This document shows, piece after piece, positions 19,290 to 30,014 of a stretch of DNA of 64,000 nt. Below the pieces are notes generated by a model. That model searched no databases. It was not told where the DNA came from and was given only the letters and a program-made list of their open reading frames with translations. Origin of the DNA: an uncultured Candidatus Saccharibacteria bacterium (lineage in GTDB: Bacteria > Patescibacteriota > Dojkabacteria > J137). How positions within the stretch are numbered: position 1 is the first letter of the stretch; every line of letters begins with the position of its first letter. The stretch covers positions 3,693 through 67,692 of the forward strand of contig CAZSKK010000003.1 of the NCBI GenBank assembly GCA_964607415.1. Reading direction: 5' to 3'. Position numbers and translations under genes: made by a program.

Positions 19290-22200
19290 TTAATTTGAGC
19301 TACAAACATATTTAGAATCAGGTGTTCCGTCAGAAACCCCATCATCATTAGTATCATTTACAATTTTACTATATTCCCTAAATACTAACTGACAGTAATC
19401 TCCAACTTCTCCACCATACTCCCAAATACAATCGCCATATAGAGAATGTCTTCCATAATAAGGTGCAGAAGCTATGTGCAAAGCACTAATCTTATAGTTA
19501 GGATTGAACAATCTTTCTCGTAGATTAATAATTGACTGCGTACCCGGATATTCATCCAACAAATCTTCCAATTGTTCGATAGTAATATCATAAAATCCAT
19601 TTTCGCCAGTCGCATCGTAAACTCTTTGCGTCCACTGTTCTTCAGTAAATACTTCCCCCTTTGGAATACCCAAATAATTTCTGCCATCTCTAGCAAGTTT
19701 AGTTCCACCTGCACACAAAGCGACTCCCAAAATTACTGCATCATCATGACTTAGGTCTTCCACAGTATTAAATGGTAACCCTAGTCCTTTAACACAGTAT
19801 AGAATTAAGTCGGCATCTGTTCTCATAATTCCGTCCCAACCTATTTGAGTAAATTGCATTGGACCTCTAGTTCCATATCCATTATCAGTCACATAGCTAA
19901 CATATGTCGGATCACCAGGTCTTTTATCTGCTTCTCCACGACTTTCTACATCTAAAATAGCTCGAATAACGTTACCAGTGATTCCAGGATAGTCTCTGCC
20001 TATTAAATCAGCAACTTCATCCAAAAGACATTGAATACTTGAAAAATTTTTATCCCCATCAACAATTGGATTACCATTTTCGTCGTATTTACATTCAGAA
20101 TTCAATTTAGCAGAAATAGTACTTGTCTGGGTTGTATCTTGGCTTGTCTTTTTACCATCAGTTACTGTTGTCCATTCAGGAGCTTCGCAAGCCTTGTCAT
20201 AACGACATGAATTAGTACTTCCACAGCCCAAAACATCTCCATACAAAACATACGGATTAATCTTTTGTCCATTGTAGGATGCATTAGTATGCAAGTGGGT
20301 TCCTTGGATACAAGGTGTCCACAAACCGTTAGGAACCTCATAAAGCCTAATAGTGTTTCCGTTAGCAGTCATAAATTTACCAGGCTTATCATAAGTAGTA
20401 ACATAATCAGACATAATCGAAGATGTTATTCTTAAGTGTAAAAATACATACTTAACACCACTCTTGCCTTGATAAATTATGTACCCTCCATTTGATCTCA
20501 TACCTAAGAGCTCTTCATCACTCATATTATCAATGATCTCAACTAAAGCAGCTCCATTAGATAGCTTTGAATTTAATTCCTTTAGTTGGCCCCTTATTGT
20601 TTCCGGTTTTGTACCAAGATTAGGACAAAAGTTGTTTTGACCTGCAACAATTTGTACAATTTCGCCAGCTTCAGGAGCATATAGATCACTATTGCCTCTT
20701 ACAGCACCTTTTGTATAAAGATCAAACGATAGTGAAGGCCTTGGATCTTGAGTTGTACTACAATAGTGTGTAAATCCACCTAAAGGCCCTTGATAACAAG
20801 CATCATTTTGGAGAGGACATGATGTTGCTCCAAAATCTAGCTTAGTTACATCACCATTAATTTGTTCTTCTGGTGGAACTTTGCATGAGTTGTCGCACAA
20901 TCCTTCTATTGTATAACCTTTACTGCATAAAAATTCACCCAGTTCATCTTTAAATCTATTATCCGACATATCTGTAATGCACGTTAACTCATCGTCAGGC
21001 TTTATCAAAGCTTCCGGGTTTAAAGCAAGGTCTGCCGAACTTGAAGCACCAACATTTCCTTGTGCCCCCAAAACAACATCACTTCTAACAAAACAACTAT
21101 TCCCAAAATTATCAAAGTCTTGATATCCCAAACCAGTTGCACCTTGCATATCGCAGCCTAAAGCTTTTGTAAATGATGCTATATTATTTTTATATTGACC
21201 TTCTTCGACTTCCATGTGCAAGTGAGGACCTTGTATTCCAATACATCCACCTTGGTTAGGATCTGTAACATCTAGATCTGAAAGCTTTGAAACTCTGGTA
21301 ATCTTTTGACCTGCTTTATAGGTATTGCCCTCCTGAACACTGTCATCAACCAGAACATGTAAGAACATCAGTTTTACTGTCTTACCATCAATCTTGCCTT
21401 GATAAAATATTCTTCCTCCAGCTTTTGTTCCATTATTACAATAGTTAAACTCATCTGCATTTTGAACTTCTACAATCTCACCATCAAAAGGAGCGATAAC
21501 GTTTTGATCTCCGCCATTGTAATTTGTATTAAATAAATCTACTGCATTTAATCCTTCATGCGATTCAACTCCAGGCCCTTTACCACAAAGTCCTGCTTCT
21601 ACAGGACAATAATACTGTGTGCTTGGTTGGTTTGACGAATCGGTGGTAGAATTTTGTACAGGATTTTCGTCAAATTTCCATTGCTCAACCTGATCACAAG
21701 TTACCACAGGAAAGCTTGTAGTAACACTTGCAAGCCCTGTTTCCAATACCTTTCTTCTTGTATTATTTGCTGCATTATTTTTACCATAGTTTGGATTATC
21801 AGTAAGTTTTTCTGCGCTAAAGGTAGAATCTTTTGTATAAGCAACGCTCATTTCTTGTAGTACATCTAGATATCCCAGCCAATCATAATATTGATATTCT
21901 GTTCTAGTTGGATTGGTTTTTGCTAGTAAAAACTCGTTGTTATAGATGTTGCTTGGAAGTTCGCAGGAATCTAAGTCTTGTGCATATTGATTTGGAATTA
22001 CATCTGGCAAGCCTCTATCATTTGATTCGGACAATGGCCTATTTGCATCTCGAACTTTTGAAGTTACCTCTGTTTTCCATGCAAGGTTTTCCCTAAAAAC
22101 CATCTTTAAACCTCTTTCACTCATTTGTGTTTGAAGCCTTTGGTACATTCTATACAAAGAATCATAGACTCCCGGAATATCATAATTTGGATTATTAGGC

Positions 22201-25200
22201 CACTTATCAGTTTTAATATAAATTTCATCTCCTCCTTGTTGGTTATATTTTAAACACTCTGCATATTCTGCTGGGATTGAACATTCACCCTTTTTAATTT
22301 TATCTAAAGTACAAAAACTAAAAGTTGATAAGTAACTTATATTAGGGCAGTAGAAAGAAATTCCATTAGCAATAATCGATTTATTTTCTATCTGGCAATC
22401 TAGCGCTGCTGCCTGATATTGTTCAGAATTAACTCCTCCAAGCTGACCTGGATAATCAACGCCAGCTAATACATCTTTTTCATTTTTCCTGTTTGCATAT
22501 TTTCTACAAACTTCGCCACCTGTTCCCGACCAAACTTGAGTTTTGTCCTGTACTTGAACTTCTGGCCCAATAATATAGTTTGATCTATTTTCAAGATAAA
22601 TAGTATCTTCACCACAAGTAGTTTTTCTATATTTAGAAGGAGTATTTTGTGGTAAATAATCTCTAAGCCCATCGATGATATCTGAAGCAACACCTTTATC
22701 CAAGCAAAAACCCAATGAGTCTATGCACAAAGCTTTTTCATCTTGCACAGTTTTACTAACATCATTCCAGGGTAAAGGATATATTGAACTACCTCCTTTT
22801 TGAGAAAAATTCTCTTCCCAGAAAGTTGTACCAAAAGGGTTGTCTTTAGAATTTAGTTCTTTAATTGTTTCCAATGTACTACTTCCTGGATTTAGGCTTG
22901 CCTTATCAGGAAGCCTTGCAAATTCCTGTGATGCTAGTATTAATTCTGCAGAACAGTTAATTGCTGATCCCAACCAAGGCATAGGATATGCTTTAGAAAG
23001 ATCTATGCTTGCTAATTGAGAGTCTATGTTATTAAAGTTGACTATACTTGCAGTGCCGCTAGAAATCAATGAATACAGACCTTCGTTTATTGGCTTATAG
23101 TTATCAATATGTACACCGTCGGAATATAAAAATGAATCTTTGTTTGATGCATTGTAGCTTACATTCAAATATTTAATAGAACTGCCGTTATCTAAGCTTT
23201 TCAAAAACTCATTAAAAGAATTGACTTTACTGTCAGAACAAAGTCCATCAGATCTCAATGGGATTGGAACAAAAATTATACTTTGGTTCTCAAGATTAGA
23301 AATTATATTATTGATATCTAACTTGAATCCTTCCAAATCAAAAGAGGGGCAGTCATTGGTACCTAACCAAATTACTACTGTTGTATTTGATGCAAGATCG
23401 GAAGGAATCGGATAACTGGCATCTGCAAAACCTCTTGCACTTGATCCAGCAATGGCAGCACTTCTGTTTACAGTTGTAAACCACTCTTGCGGTAGAAAAT
23501 CACCTCGTTCTGGACCAGGGGCCCCTTGGCTATCACTTATTACTGCTATAGGATTTGATAAGGCGGTTTTACCTGTATACAAGTTATCGATTCTAGAACT
23601 AGTAGTTACGCCTGTTGTTAGAATTCCAGCAAATTGATTTAATGCATCCACTTCTGAGTTCGCATAATACGATGCAACTTCTGCGCAAATTGGTGTAAAA
23701 GGCAAGGCTGATGTCCCTGCAGAACTATTACTTCCAAACTGTTTTATAGGTAGAGCAACTTCTACTGTTCCAATCATTTGCGTTGTGCAGTTATTATTTT
23801 CACACTTAACCTTTAATGCCGCTCCATTATCAATATTAAAAGTTCTGCTCTCCAGCTCTTCCCCACATGCACTTGCAGTTGAGCTTGTTGAATATTCCTT
23901 AGGATAAATACATGAGTCAAAATTACAATTTGCCCATGAAAAATCTTTAAATCCTGGCTTTTTCTGTACAGGACAATCACCAATTATTAGAGCATGCTCA
24001 CTTGGAGTCATTCCGTGCCTATCTTTCCAAACCAATTCATCATTTAAAGCTACACTCCCATTTTCGTTCAAAAACGATCTGAAAAATAATACACCTTCAA
24101 CATTGCCATCCTGACAGAATTTTGCAAAACTTTGAGTTTGTTCTTCAAGTGCTGCTTGTCTTCTTCCTTGATAGTTTTCAAAAAATGCACCAAACTCTGA
24201 AATAATAACAGGAATATCTTTTCCGTCAGCGTATTCTTTTAAAGTGTTTTCACCGTTTGTTTCAGCTCCGTTTACATAAAAATCATACGCACTAACACCC
24301 ACAGAAAGTTCATATGTGTTTCCTAGAAGGTAATCGTAGTATTCAGGATTAAAAATCCTACCACTATACAAATACTCCTTAACATCATTGTTAACAGCAT
24401 TCGTTAAGTTAAAAATTGCAGGAGCTAACAGCATATGCCCTGCATTAATTCCACTTGGACGTAGTCCCTGAAGTGCTTTGGCAACTTGATCGGTTTCATT
24501 CAAAAGAGCATCATAATTTAATCCTCCCACAAAGCCATTCATCTCAAGAGCTGGCTCTCCAGAGCCAGGTTCGTTTGGTCCAATTACCCCTAAAAAATAC
24601 TCATCCGGAGATGTCAATGAATGTACTTTTGTATAAAAATCAATAATTTGGTTTTGATCTTGAAAACTACAAAAACCAGCAGCACAAAGTCTTATTATTG
24701 GAAGCATTCCTAAAGCATTTGTTTGTTTAATAAACTGTGCAGCTGCTTCCTGAGAAGTTGGAGAGTTAGCTGTGACCATTCCTAGGTTATAACTCATTCC
24801 TAAATCAGAAGCATATTTCAAAATCTTTTCATTAAGCTCTGAATCGTATCCACCATCTAATACAATTGCCGTATTTGCACCTCCCATATTTCCTTCTAGC
24901 GATGGAAGTGCTAGTCTACTTAATTGTGAAGCAGTTTTAATTTCTGCTTTATTAGGGTCTATGATTTGACATCTATCATTTGATTCTAAAAGATTTCCTC
25001 CTCCGTCTAGTTGTTTTGCGAGTTTGCCAGTATTCAAACCAAAACCAGTAACTTGTGCCAGTACATCGCTAATAACTCCAAACGGTCTTACTCCTTTCCA
25101 GGTTGAAATATCGTTAATAAGTCCTATTGTTGCAAATATGAAAACGAAGCCGAGAAGGACTACAATTGCCGTTGGTGGACGAGAATTTGAATGATTGTTG

Positions 25201-25229
25201 TTTTTTGCGTTGGAAAGATTGTGATTCAA
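19290..25229 (-). CDS. giant membrane-anchored multi-enzyme: GH-A clan glycoside hydrolase, SGNH esterase, two M23 peptidases, lysozyme/SLT-like domain
   Basis: GPNEP and IISEFG (GH-A); SDSQG, LGTND, DGVH (SGNH); SHEGLNAVDL/PHLHM and THY..FDL/THLHT (M23); AILDVESRG..GPMQF (SLT); Cys-rich; TTG start uncertain. Confidence 0.75.
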   Translation of the reverse strand: MNHNLSNAKNNNHSNSRPPTAIVVLLGFVFIFATIGLINDISTWKGVRPFGVISDVLAQVTGFGLNTGKLAKQLDGGGNLLESNDRCQIIDPNKAEIKTASQLSRLALPSLEGNMGGANTAIVLDGGYDSELNEKILKYASDLGMSYNLGMVTANSPTSQEAAAQFIKQTNALGMLPIIRLCAAGFCSFQDQNQIIDFYTKVHSLTSPDEYFLGVIGPNEPGSGEPALEMNGFVGGLNYDALLNETDQVAKALQGLRPSGINAGHMLLAPAIFNLTNAVNNDVKEYLYSGRIFNPEYYDYLLGNTYELSVGVSAYDFYVNGAETNGENTLKEYADGKDIPVIISEFGAFFENYQGRRQAALEEQTQSFAKFCQDGNVEGVLFFRSFLNENGSVALNDELVWKDRHGMTPSEHALIIGDCPVQKKPGFKDFSWANCNFDSCIYPKEYSTSSTASACGEELESRTFNIDNGAALKVKCENNNCTTQMIGTVEVALPIKQFGSNSSAGTSALPFTPICAEVASYYANSEVDALNQFAGILTTGVTTSSRIDNLYTGKTALSNPIAVISDSQGAPGPERGDFLPQEWFTTVNRSAAIAGSSARGFADASYPIPSDLASNTTVVIWLGTNDCPSFDLEGFKLDINNIISNLENQSIIFVPIPLRSDGLCSDSKVNSFNEFLKSLDNGSSIKYLNVSYNASNKDSFLYSDGVHIDNYKPINEGLYSLISSGTASIVNFNNIDSQLASIDLSKAYPMPWLGSAINCSAELILASQEFARLPDKASLNPGSSTLETIKELNSKDNPFGTTFWEENFSQKGGSSIYPLPWNDVSKTVQDEKALCIDSLGFCLDKGVASDIIDGLRDYLPQNTPSKYRKTTCGEDTIYLENRSNYIIGPEVQVQDKTQVWSGTGGEVCRKYANRKNEKDVLAGVDYPGQLGGVNSEQYQAAALDCQIENKSIIANGISFYCPNISYLSTFSFCTLDKIKKGECSIPAEYAECLKYNQQGGDEIYIKTDKWPNNPNYDIPGVYDSLYRMYQRLQTQMSERGLKMVFRENLAWKTEVTSKVRDANRPLSESNDRGLPDVIPNQYAQDLDSCELPSNIYNNEFLLAKTNPTRTEYQYYDWLGYLDVLQEMSVAYTKDSTFSAEKLTDNPNYGKNNAANNTRRKVLETGLASVTTSFPVVTCDQVEQWKFDENPVQNSTTDSSNQPSTQYYCPVEAGLCGKGPGVESHEGLNAVDLFNTNYNGGDQNVIAPFDGEIVEVQNADEFNYCNNGTKAGGRIFYQGKIDGKTVKLMFLHVLVDDSVQEGNTYKAGQKITRVSKLSDLDVTDPNQGGCIGIQGPHLHMEVEEGQYKNNIASFTKALGCDMQGATGLGYQDFDNFGNSCFVRSDVVLGAQGNVGASSSADLALNPEALIKPDDELTCITDMSDNRFKDELGEFLCSKGYTIEGLCDNSCKVPPEEQINGDVTKLDFGATSCPLQNDACYQGPLGGFTHYCSTTQDPRPSLSFDLYTKGAVRGNSDLYAPEAGEIVQIVAGQNNFCPNLGTKPETIRGQLKELNSKLSNGAALVEIIDNMSDEELLGMRSNGGYIIYQGKSGVKYVFLHLRITSSIMSDYVTTYDKPGKFMTANGNTIRLYEVPNGLWTPCIQGTHLHTNASYNGQKINPYVLYGDVLGCGSTNSCRYDKACEAPEWTTVTDGKKTSQDTTQTSTISAKLNSECKYDENGNPIVDGDKNFSSIQCLLDEVADLIGRDYPGITGNVIRAILDVESRGEADKRPGDPTYVSYVTDNGYGTRGPMQFTQIGWDGIMRTDADLILYCVKGLGLPFNTVEDLSHDDAVILGVALCAGGTKLARDGRNYLGIPKGEVFTEEQWTQRVYDATGENGFYDITIEQLEDLLDEYPGTQSIINLRERLFNPNYKISALHIASAPYYGRHSLYGDCIWEYGGEVGDYCQLVFREYSKIVNDTNDDGVSDGTPDSKYVCSSN

Positions 25230-25405
25230 AGTGATTTTTATGTTAATTTGTTAATTAGTATAATGCTAATTGGTATAACGAATTAGCTAATTAACTGTCC
25301 ACTAATTAACGCTAATAAAGTTTTTAAAACTAATTTGTTCATTCTATGTGGTCGATAGTTGCTAGTGATAAGCAGTAAACTAGAATTTTCTTCAAAACTT
25401 ATGAC

Positions 25406-25476
25406 GTCATTCCTGCGAAAGCAGGAATCTTCTTTATAACGGCATTGCTAGATTCCAGATCAATTACTGGAATGAC
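25406..25476. repeat. REP/RPE-like palindromic repeat (GTCATTCC...GGAATGAC type)
   Basis: GTCATTCCTGCGAAAGCAGGAATCT...AGATTCCAGATCAATTACTGGAATGAC. Confidence 0.7.
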
Positions 25477-25582
25477 TATTTCAGCTCATTTGCTCTATTG
25501 CTCTAAACCTCTACCGCTTTCTTTATTCTAAACCAGATCAATTTACTACTCAATAAAATTATGACTTTAGCACCAAAAAAAC

Positions 25583-25609
25583 TTAGCAATCTGCCCGTGA
25601 GTCTGCTAA
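25583..25609. promoter_or_regulatory. CIRCE-like (HrcA) operator upstream of the Clp ATPase
   Basis: TTAGCAATC-N9-GTCTGCTAA versus consensus TTAGCACTC-N9-GAGTGCTAA (3 mismatches). Confidence 0.65.
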
Positions 25610-25839
25610 AATATAAACAATCAAAACTTAAAATATTGATACAATATAGTTGTGAAAACCATGTGAATGTGAGAATGTGCAAATATGAAAATAATGAATA
25701 GTTAATAGAGGTTTGGGTGTTGATGAGTTTGCGAGTTTAGGCTATTCGCTATATTCTATAAGCTATAATAAACTACTAACCATCGACTATTGACCAAAGC
25801 AAAATTATTACTTCAAACTAATAACTTAAAACTTTTTAT

Positions 25840-28314
25840 ATGAACATATCAGACCTTTTTTCAAACCGAACTCAAGAAGCGCTTCAAAGAGCAATCGGAG
25901 CTGCTATGGATAAAAAGCAAAGAGCTGCGGATACAGAACATATTCTGTATGGTCTTTGTGATGATGAAGTTGTAATGAACAGAGTTTTTAAAGAACTTGG
26001 TGTAAACATTAAAGAGCTAAAAACTACTCTTGATAAACAAATGAGCGAAGGTAACTTTGCTGGTGGGCAACCAGGCTTAACTCCCAGAGCTACTCAAGTT
26101 GTTCAGCTTGCATATCAAGAATCTTTGAATTTGAAACACAATTATATTGGCACAGAACATCTTTTCTTAGGACTAATTCTAGAAAGTGAAGGACTAGCAG
26201 CACAGATTTTAGAAAAATATGCAATCACGCATATCAAAGCAAGACAAGCAGTTGTAAAAGTTGTAGGAGAAGGAGATAAAGAAGGAAAAAAAGTTGGAGA
26301 AGAATCCGAAACACCAACTTTGGATCAATTTACAAAAGATTTAACTGAACTAGCACGTCAAGACAAAATCGATCCGGTTGTTGGCCGAGAAAAAGAAATT
26401 GAGCGAGTAATAGAAATTCTATCCCGTAGAAAAAAGAATAACCCAGTTTTAATAGGTGAGCCTGGTGTTGGGAAAACCGCAATTGCCGAAGGTCTTGCGC
26501 ATAGAATTATCAATGGTCAAATTCCAGAAGTTTTAAGAGACAAAAAAGTTAAAGCCCTTGATTTAAGTGCGTTAGTTGCGGGTTCAAAATTTAGAGGAGA
26601 ATTTGAAGAAAGAGCTAAAAAATTAATTGAAGAACTTAACAAAGTAGATAGGCAAATCATTTTATTTATTGACGAACTTCATACAATTGTGGGAAGTGGC
26701 GCTCAACAAGGCGAGCTTGATTTTTCAAATATGATTAAACCTGCCCTTGCACGTGGGGAACTTCAAGTAATTGGAGCTACAACGCTAAGCGAGTATCAAA
26801 AATACATAGAAAAAGACGCAGCACTTGAACGTAGATTTCAACCAGTTATTGTGGAAGAACCATCAGTTGAAAATACAGTCAAAATTCTAAAAGGAATTAA
26901 GGAACGATACGAAGCTCATCATAAGCTTAAAATTTCAGACGGTGCGTTAGATGCTGCAGCTCAGCTTTCGCATAGATATATTAAAAATAGATTTCTACCA
27001 GACAAAGCAATTGATGTGATTGACGAAGCTGCAAGTAGGGTAAGATTAAATTTCACAAGTGAGCCTGTTGAAATCAGAAACTTAAAAAATGAAATTTCTA
27101 AACTTGAAACTGAAAGAGAATCATTAACCAGAGGAGGCCAACACAAAGAAGCTGCTGAAATCAAAGTAAGAATTGAACAACTAAAAGAAGAATTACAACC
27201 GTTAGACTCTGAATGGGCTAAAAAAAGAGGTACAGGTACACCAGAAGTTAAAGTTTCTGATGTTAATGATGTAATTTCAAGAATGACTGGAGTTCCAATT
27301 ACTGAGCTAAATCTTGAAGAAAAAACAAGGCTAATAAACCTGGAACAAGAGTTACATAGTAGAGTAATAGGGCAGAGTGAAGCAGTTCATTTGGTAGCAC
27401 AAGCAATTAGAAGATCAAGAACTGGATTAAAAGATCCCAATAGACCTATTGCCTCATTTTTATTTTTAGGACCAACAGGAGTTGGAAAAACAGAGCTTGC
27501 AAAAGCACTTTCAGAAGTTATGTTTGGGTCCGAGGATGCAATGATTCGAATTGACATGAGTGAGTATATGGAAAAGTTTGCTGTTACTAGATTAATCGGC
27601 TCCCCTCCAGGATACGTTGGCTACGAAGAAGGGGGTCAACTAACCGAAAAAGTAAGACGCAAACCTTATAGCGTGATTCTTTTGGATGAACTTGAAAAGG
27701 CTCATCCGGATGTATTCAACATTCTTTTACAAGTACTGGATGATGGAAAACTAACGGACGGCAAAGGTCGAACTGTTGATTTTAAGAATACAATAATTAT
27801 TGCAACCAGCAACATTGGTTCAGATTTAATCCTTTCATCATTAGGTGCACAGCAAGTTGGGAAAATGCTTGATATGATTAGACCCAAAGAAGCTGATACA
27901 GGAATTATTAAAATGAAAGAGGCAAAAGAGCTAATTCCTAACTGGGAAGAAATAAAAACACAAGTTTTTAGTATGCTTAGAAATCATTTTAGGCCTGAAT
28001 TTATAAATAGACTTGACGAAATCATAATGTTTAAAGCACTTACCTTTTCAGAAGTTGAAAGAATTGTAAGGCTTGTTCTGGAAAAAACTAAAAAACTTTT
28101 ACAAGATCAAGAAATTGAAGTTGAGTTTGAAAATTCTGCTGTGGCCGAAATTGCAAGAAAAAGTTACAATCCACAATTTGGAGCAAGGCCTGTAAGGCGT
28201 GAAGTACAAAGGCAAATTGACAATCTTATTTCAGAAAAGATTTTAACAAACGAAATTAAAGCTGGAGATAAGATTAAGATAAGATTTACGAAAGGTAAAT
28301 TCGAAGTTATTTAA
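25840..28314 (+). CDS. clpC: ATP-dependent Clp protease ATP-binding subunit (ClpC/ClpB type)
   Basis: Clp N repeats (TEHIL, GTEHL), two AAA modules GEPGVGKT and GPTGVGKT, short middle domain. Confidence 0.9.
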   Translation: MNISDLFSNRTQEALQRAIGAAMDKKQRAADTEHILYGLCDDEVVMNRVFKELGVNIKELKTTLDKQMSEGNFAGGQPGLTPRATQVVQLAYQESLNLKHNYIGTEHLFLGLILESEGLAAQILEKYAITHIKARQAVVKVVGEGDKEGKKVGEESETPTLDQFTKDLTELARQDKIDPVVGREKEIERVIEILSRRKKNNPVLIGEPGVGKTAIAEGLAHRIINGQIPEVLRDKKVKALDLSALVAGSKFRGEFEERAKKLIEELNKVDRQIILFIDELHTIVGSGAQQGELDFSNMIKPALARGELQVIGATTLSEYQKYIEKDAALERRFQPVIVEEPSVENTVKILKGIKERYEAHHKLKISDGALDAAAQLSHRYIKNRFLPDKAIDVIDEAASRVRLNFTSEPVEIRNLKNEISKLETERESLTRGGQHKEAAEIKVRIEQLKEELQPLDSEWAKKRGTGTPEVKVSDVNDVISRMTGVPITELNLEEKTRLINLEQELHSRVIGQSEAVHLVAQAIRRSRTGLKDPNRPIASFLFLGPTGVGKTELAKALSEVMFGSEDAMIRIDMSEYMEKFAVTRLIGSPPGYVGYEEGGQLTEKVRRKPYSVILLDELEKAHPDVFNILLQVLDDGKLTDGKGRTVDFKNTIIIATSNIGSDLILSSLGAQQVGKMLDMIRPKEADTGIIKMKEAKELIPNWEEIKTQVFSMLRNHFRPEFINRLDEIIMFKALTFSEVERIVRLVLEKTKKLLQDQEIEVEFENSAVAEIARKSYNPQFGARPVRREVQRQIDNLISEKILTNEIKAGDKIKIRFTKGKFEVI

Positions 28315-28333
28315 TTTTTAATAATGATGATTC

Positions 28334-28357
28334 TGAAGCCGCGACGTCGCGGCTTCA
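28334..28357. repeat. perfect palindrome TGAAGCCGCGACGTCGCGGCTTCA (REP-like / terminator)
   Basis: Between convergent clpC and rmuC; related copy at 44972. Confidence 0.7.
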
Positions 28358-28367
28358 TCATTTCATT

Positions 28368-29510
28368 TTATTCCTCCAAATGCGTTGGCTTTTCCACTTC
28401 TTCCGCTGTAATCACCAAGGATTCCCCATTTATATTTAAAATATCTTTATCAACCTTCTTAAGTTCTTTAAACGCAGTATTATAGGAATTTACAGTTGTT
28501 CCAAGGTTTCTTCCAATCTTATTAAAATTTTCTTCATACGCTTGCAGATGTTGCTTAAGCTTTGTTACATTTTCCAAAATACTTTTTGCTGATTCTTCAA
28601 TTTGCAATGCTCTTAATCCTTGAAGCACTGTCTGTAGATAAGCCAAAAAAGAAGTAGGAGATACAATAATTACATTTTTCTCTGCAAAAGCATATTGAAT
28701 AAGATCCCTTGTATTAACTTTTACAGCCCCTACCTGATTGATAAGTAGATCATAATAAATTCCTTCAGATGGAATAAACATAAAAGCAAAATCCATGGTT
28801 CCTTCAGTTGGCCTTATGTACTTTGAAGTTTCTTCAATCCTATTTTTCAGATCAATTTTAAATTGTTTTTCTAATTTTTCACGATTTGCAGGATCTTTTT
28901 CTTCAAGAATTTTATTGTAATTTTCCAATGAAAATTTTGAGTCAACAGGAATAATTTTATCTTTCACAAATACTGCAGCGTCAACAATTTCACCATCTTT
29001 AAATTTATATTGCATTTGATAAGATTTTGGTGGCAAAACGTTTTTAAGAACAGTTTCCAAAAAGTACTCTCCCAAAATTCCTCTTTGTTTTGGATTTTTT
29101 AGGATATTCTCTAGGCTTTGAAGCTGCTCTGCAAATCCAACAACTTGCTTGTTTGTATCCTCAACTTTTGTTAGTTTTTCAGTAACTTCTTTAAGAATTT
29201 GGGAAGTAAGTTTATTGGTTTCCTCTTTGTCTTTTTGGGAAAGCGAAAACTGACTTTGCAGAGATTTTTGATTTTCGTTTAATTGCTTGGTAAGAATTTC
29301 ATTTTGTTGTCTAAGTAATTGATCAAGTTCCTGTCTGGTTTTATCAATTTTATTTTCTTGCTGCTGTGAAAGTAGTGCTAATTGTTCTTTTAAAGATTTA
29401 ATTTCGCCGTTATCTTCTCTTGGCTTAGAAAGCTTTGTAACTAAGTAGGCAACGGTTCCAAGAACCATTATTAACAAGATTGAAATTATTATTAAAATTG
29501 TGGTTTCCAT
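28368..29510 (-). CDS. rmuC: DNA recombination protein RmuC
   Basis: N-terminal TM, coiled coil, RGILGE, PVDSKF, TMDFAFMFIPSEG, IVSPTS. Confidence 0.93.
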   Translation of the reverse strand: METTILIIISILLIMVLGTVAYLVTKLSKPREDNGEIKSLKEQLALLSQQQENKIDKTRQELDQLLRQQNEILTKQLNENQKSLQSQFSLSQKDKEETNKLTSQILKEVTEKLTKVEDTNKQVVGFAEQLQSLENILKNPKQRGILGEYFLETVLKNVLPPKSYQMQYKFKDGEIVDAAVFVKDKIIPVDSKFSLENYNKILEEKDPANREKLEKQFKIDLKNRIEETSKYIRPTEGTMDFAFMFIPSEGIYYDLLINQVGAVKVNTRDLIQYAFAEKNVIIVSPTSFLAYLQTVLQGLRALQIEESAKSILENVTKLKQHLQAYEENFNKIGRNLGTTVNSYNTAFKELKKVDKDILNINGESLVITAEEVEKPTHLEE

Positions 29511-29556
29511 AGGATTTTGCTGGCTAATAGTAAATAGCTGATAGCGGATAGATAAA

Positions 29557-29910
29557 TTAGGTTTTCATTTTGCTTATAAATTTTGAAAGCATTTTTAGGA
29601 TCTCTGTTATTTTATCATGTAATTGTGTGTATTGTTCCTGATTTATAAACTCCAAATCTTTAGCAAGTTCAATCAGGCAATCTGTCTCACTAGCCGAACC
29701 CATAGCGATTTGTAAAAAACGATTAAAATCTTTGTCTGAACCTCGACAGCACCCTTCCGCAATGTTTGCTTCAATTGAAATAGTTGCTCGTGTTAGTTGT
29801 GAAGTTAATATGTATTGTTGAGATCTTGGGAATTGCTCAACAACCTTGAATATTTCTTTCGTTAAATCGTGAGATTTATACCAAACTTGTAAATTTCTAA
29901 AATTCTTCAT
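29557..29910 (-). CDS. four helix bundle protein (23S rRNA IVP / TIGR02436-like)
   Basis: FRNLQVWYKS, LTSQLTRATISIEANIAEG, RFLQIAMGSASE; flanked by inverted heptamer arrays. Confidence 0.92.
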   Translation of the reverse strand: MKNFRNLQVWYKSHDLTKEIFKVVEQFPRSQQYILTSQLTRATISIEANIAEGCCRGSDKDFNRFLQIAMGSASETDCLIELAKDLEFINQEQYTQLHDKITEILKMLSKFISKMKT

Positions 29911-30014
29911 ACTGTTATACTTTCGTTATGTATGTGCTATACGCTATTTGCTATACGCTAATGTTACAAGTATAATATATGCGCACGAATTAAACATTGT
30001 ATTACACTACAAAA

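Noticed and set aside
29557-29910. Diversity-generating retroelement (Avd-like gene)
   Set aside because: No reverse transcriptase and no TR/VR pair with A-specific mismatches seen in the window
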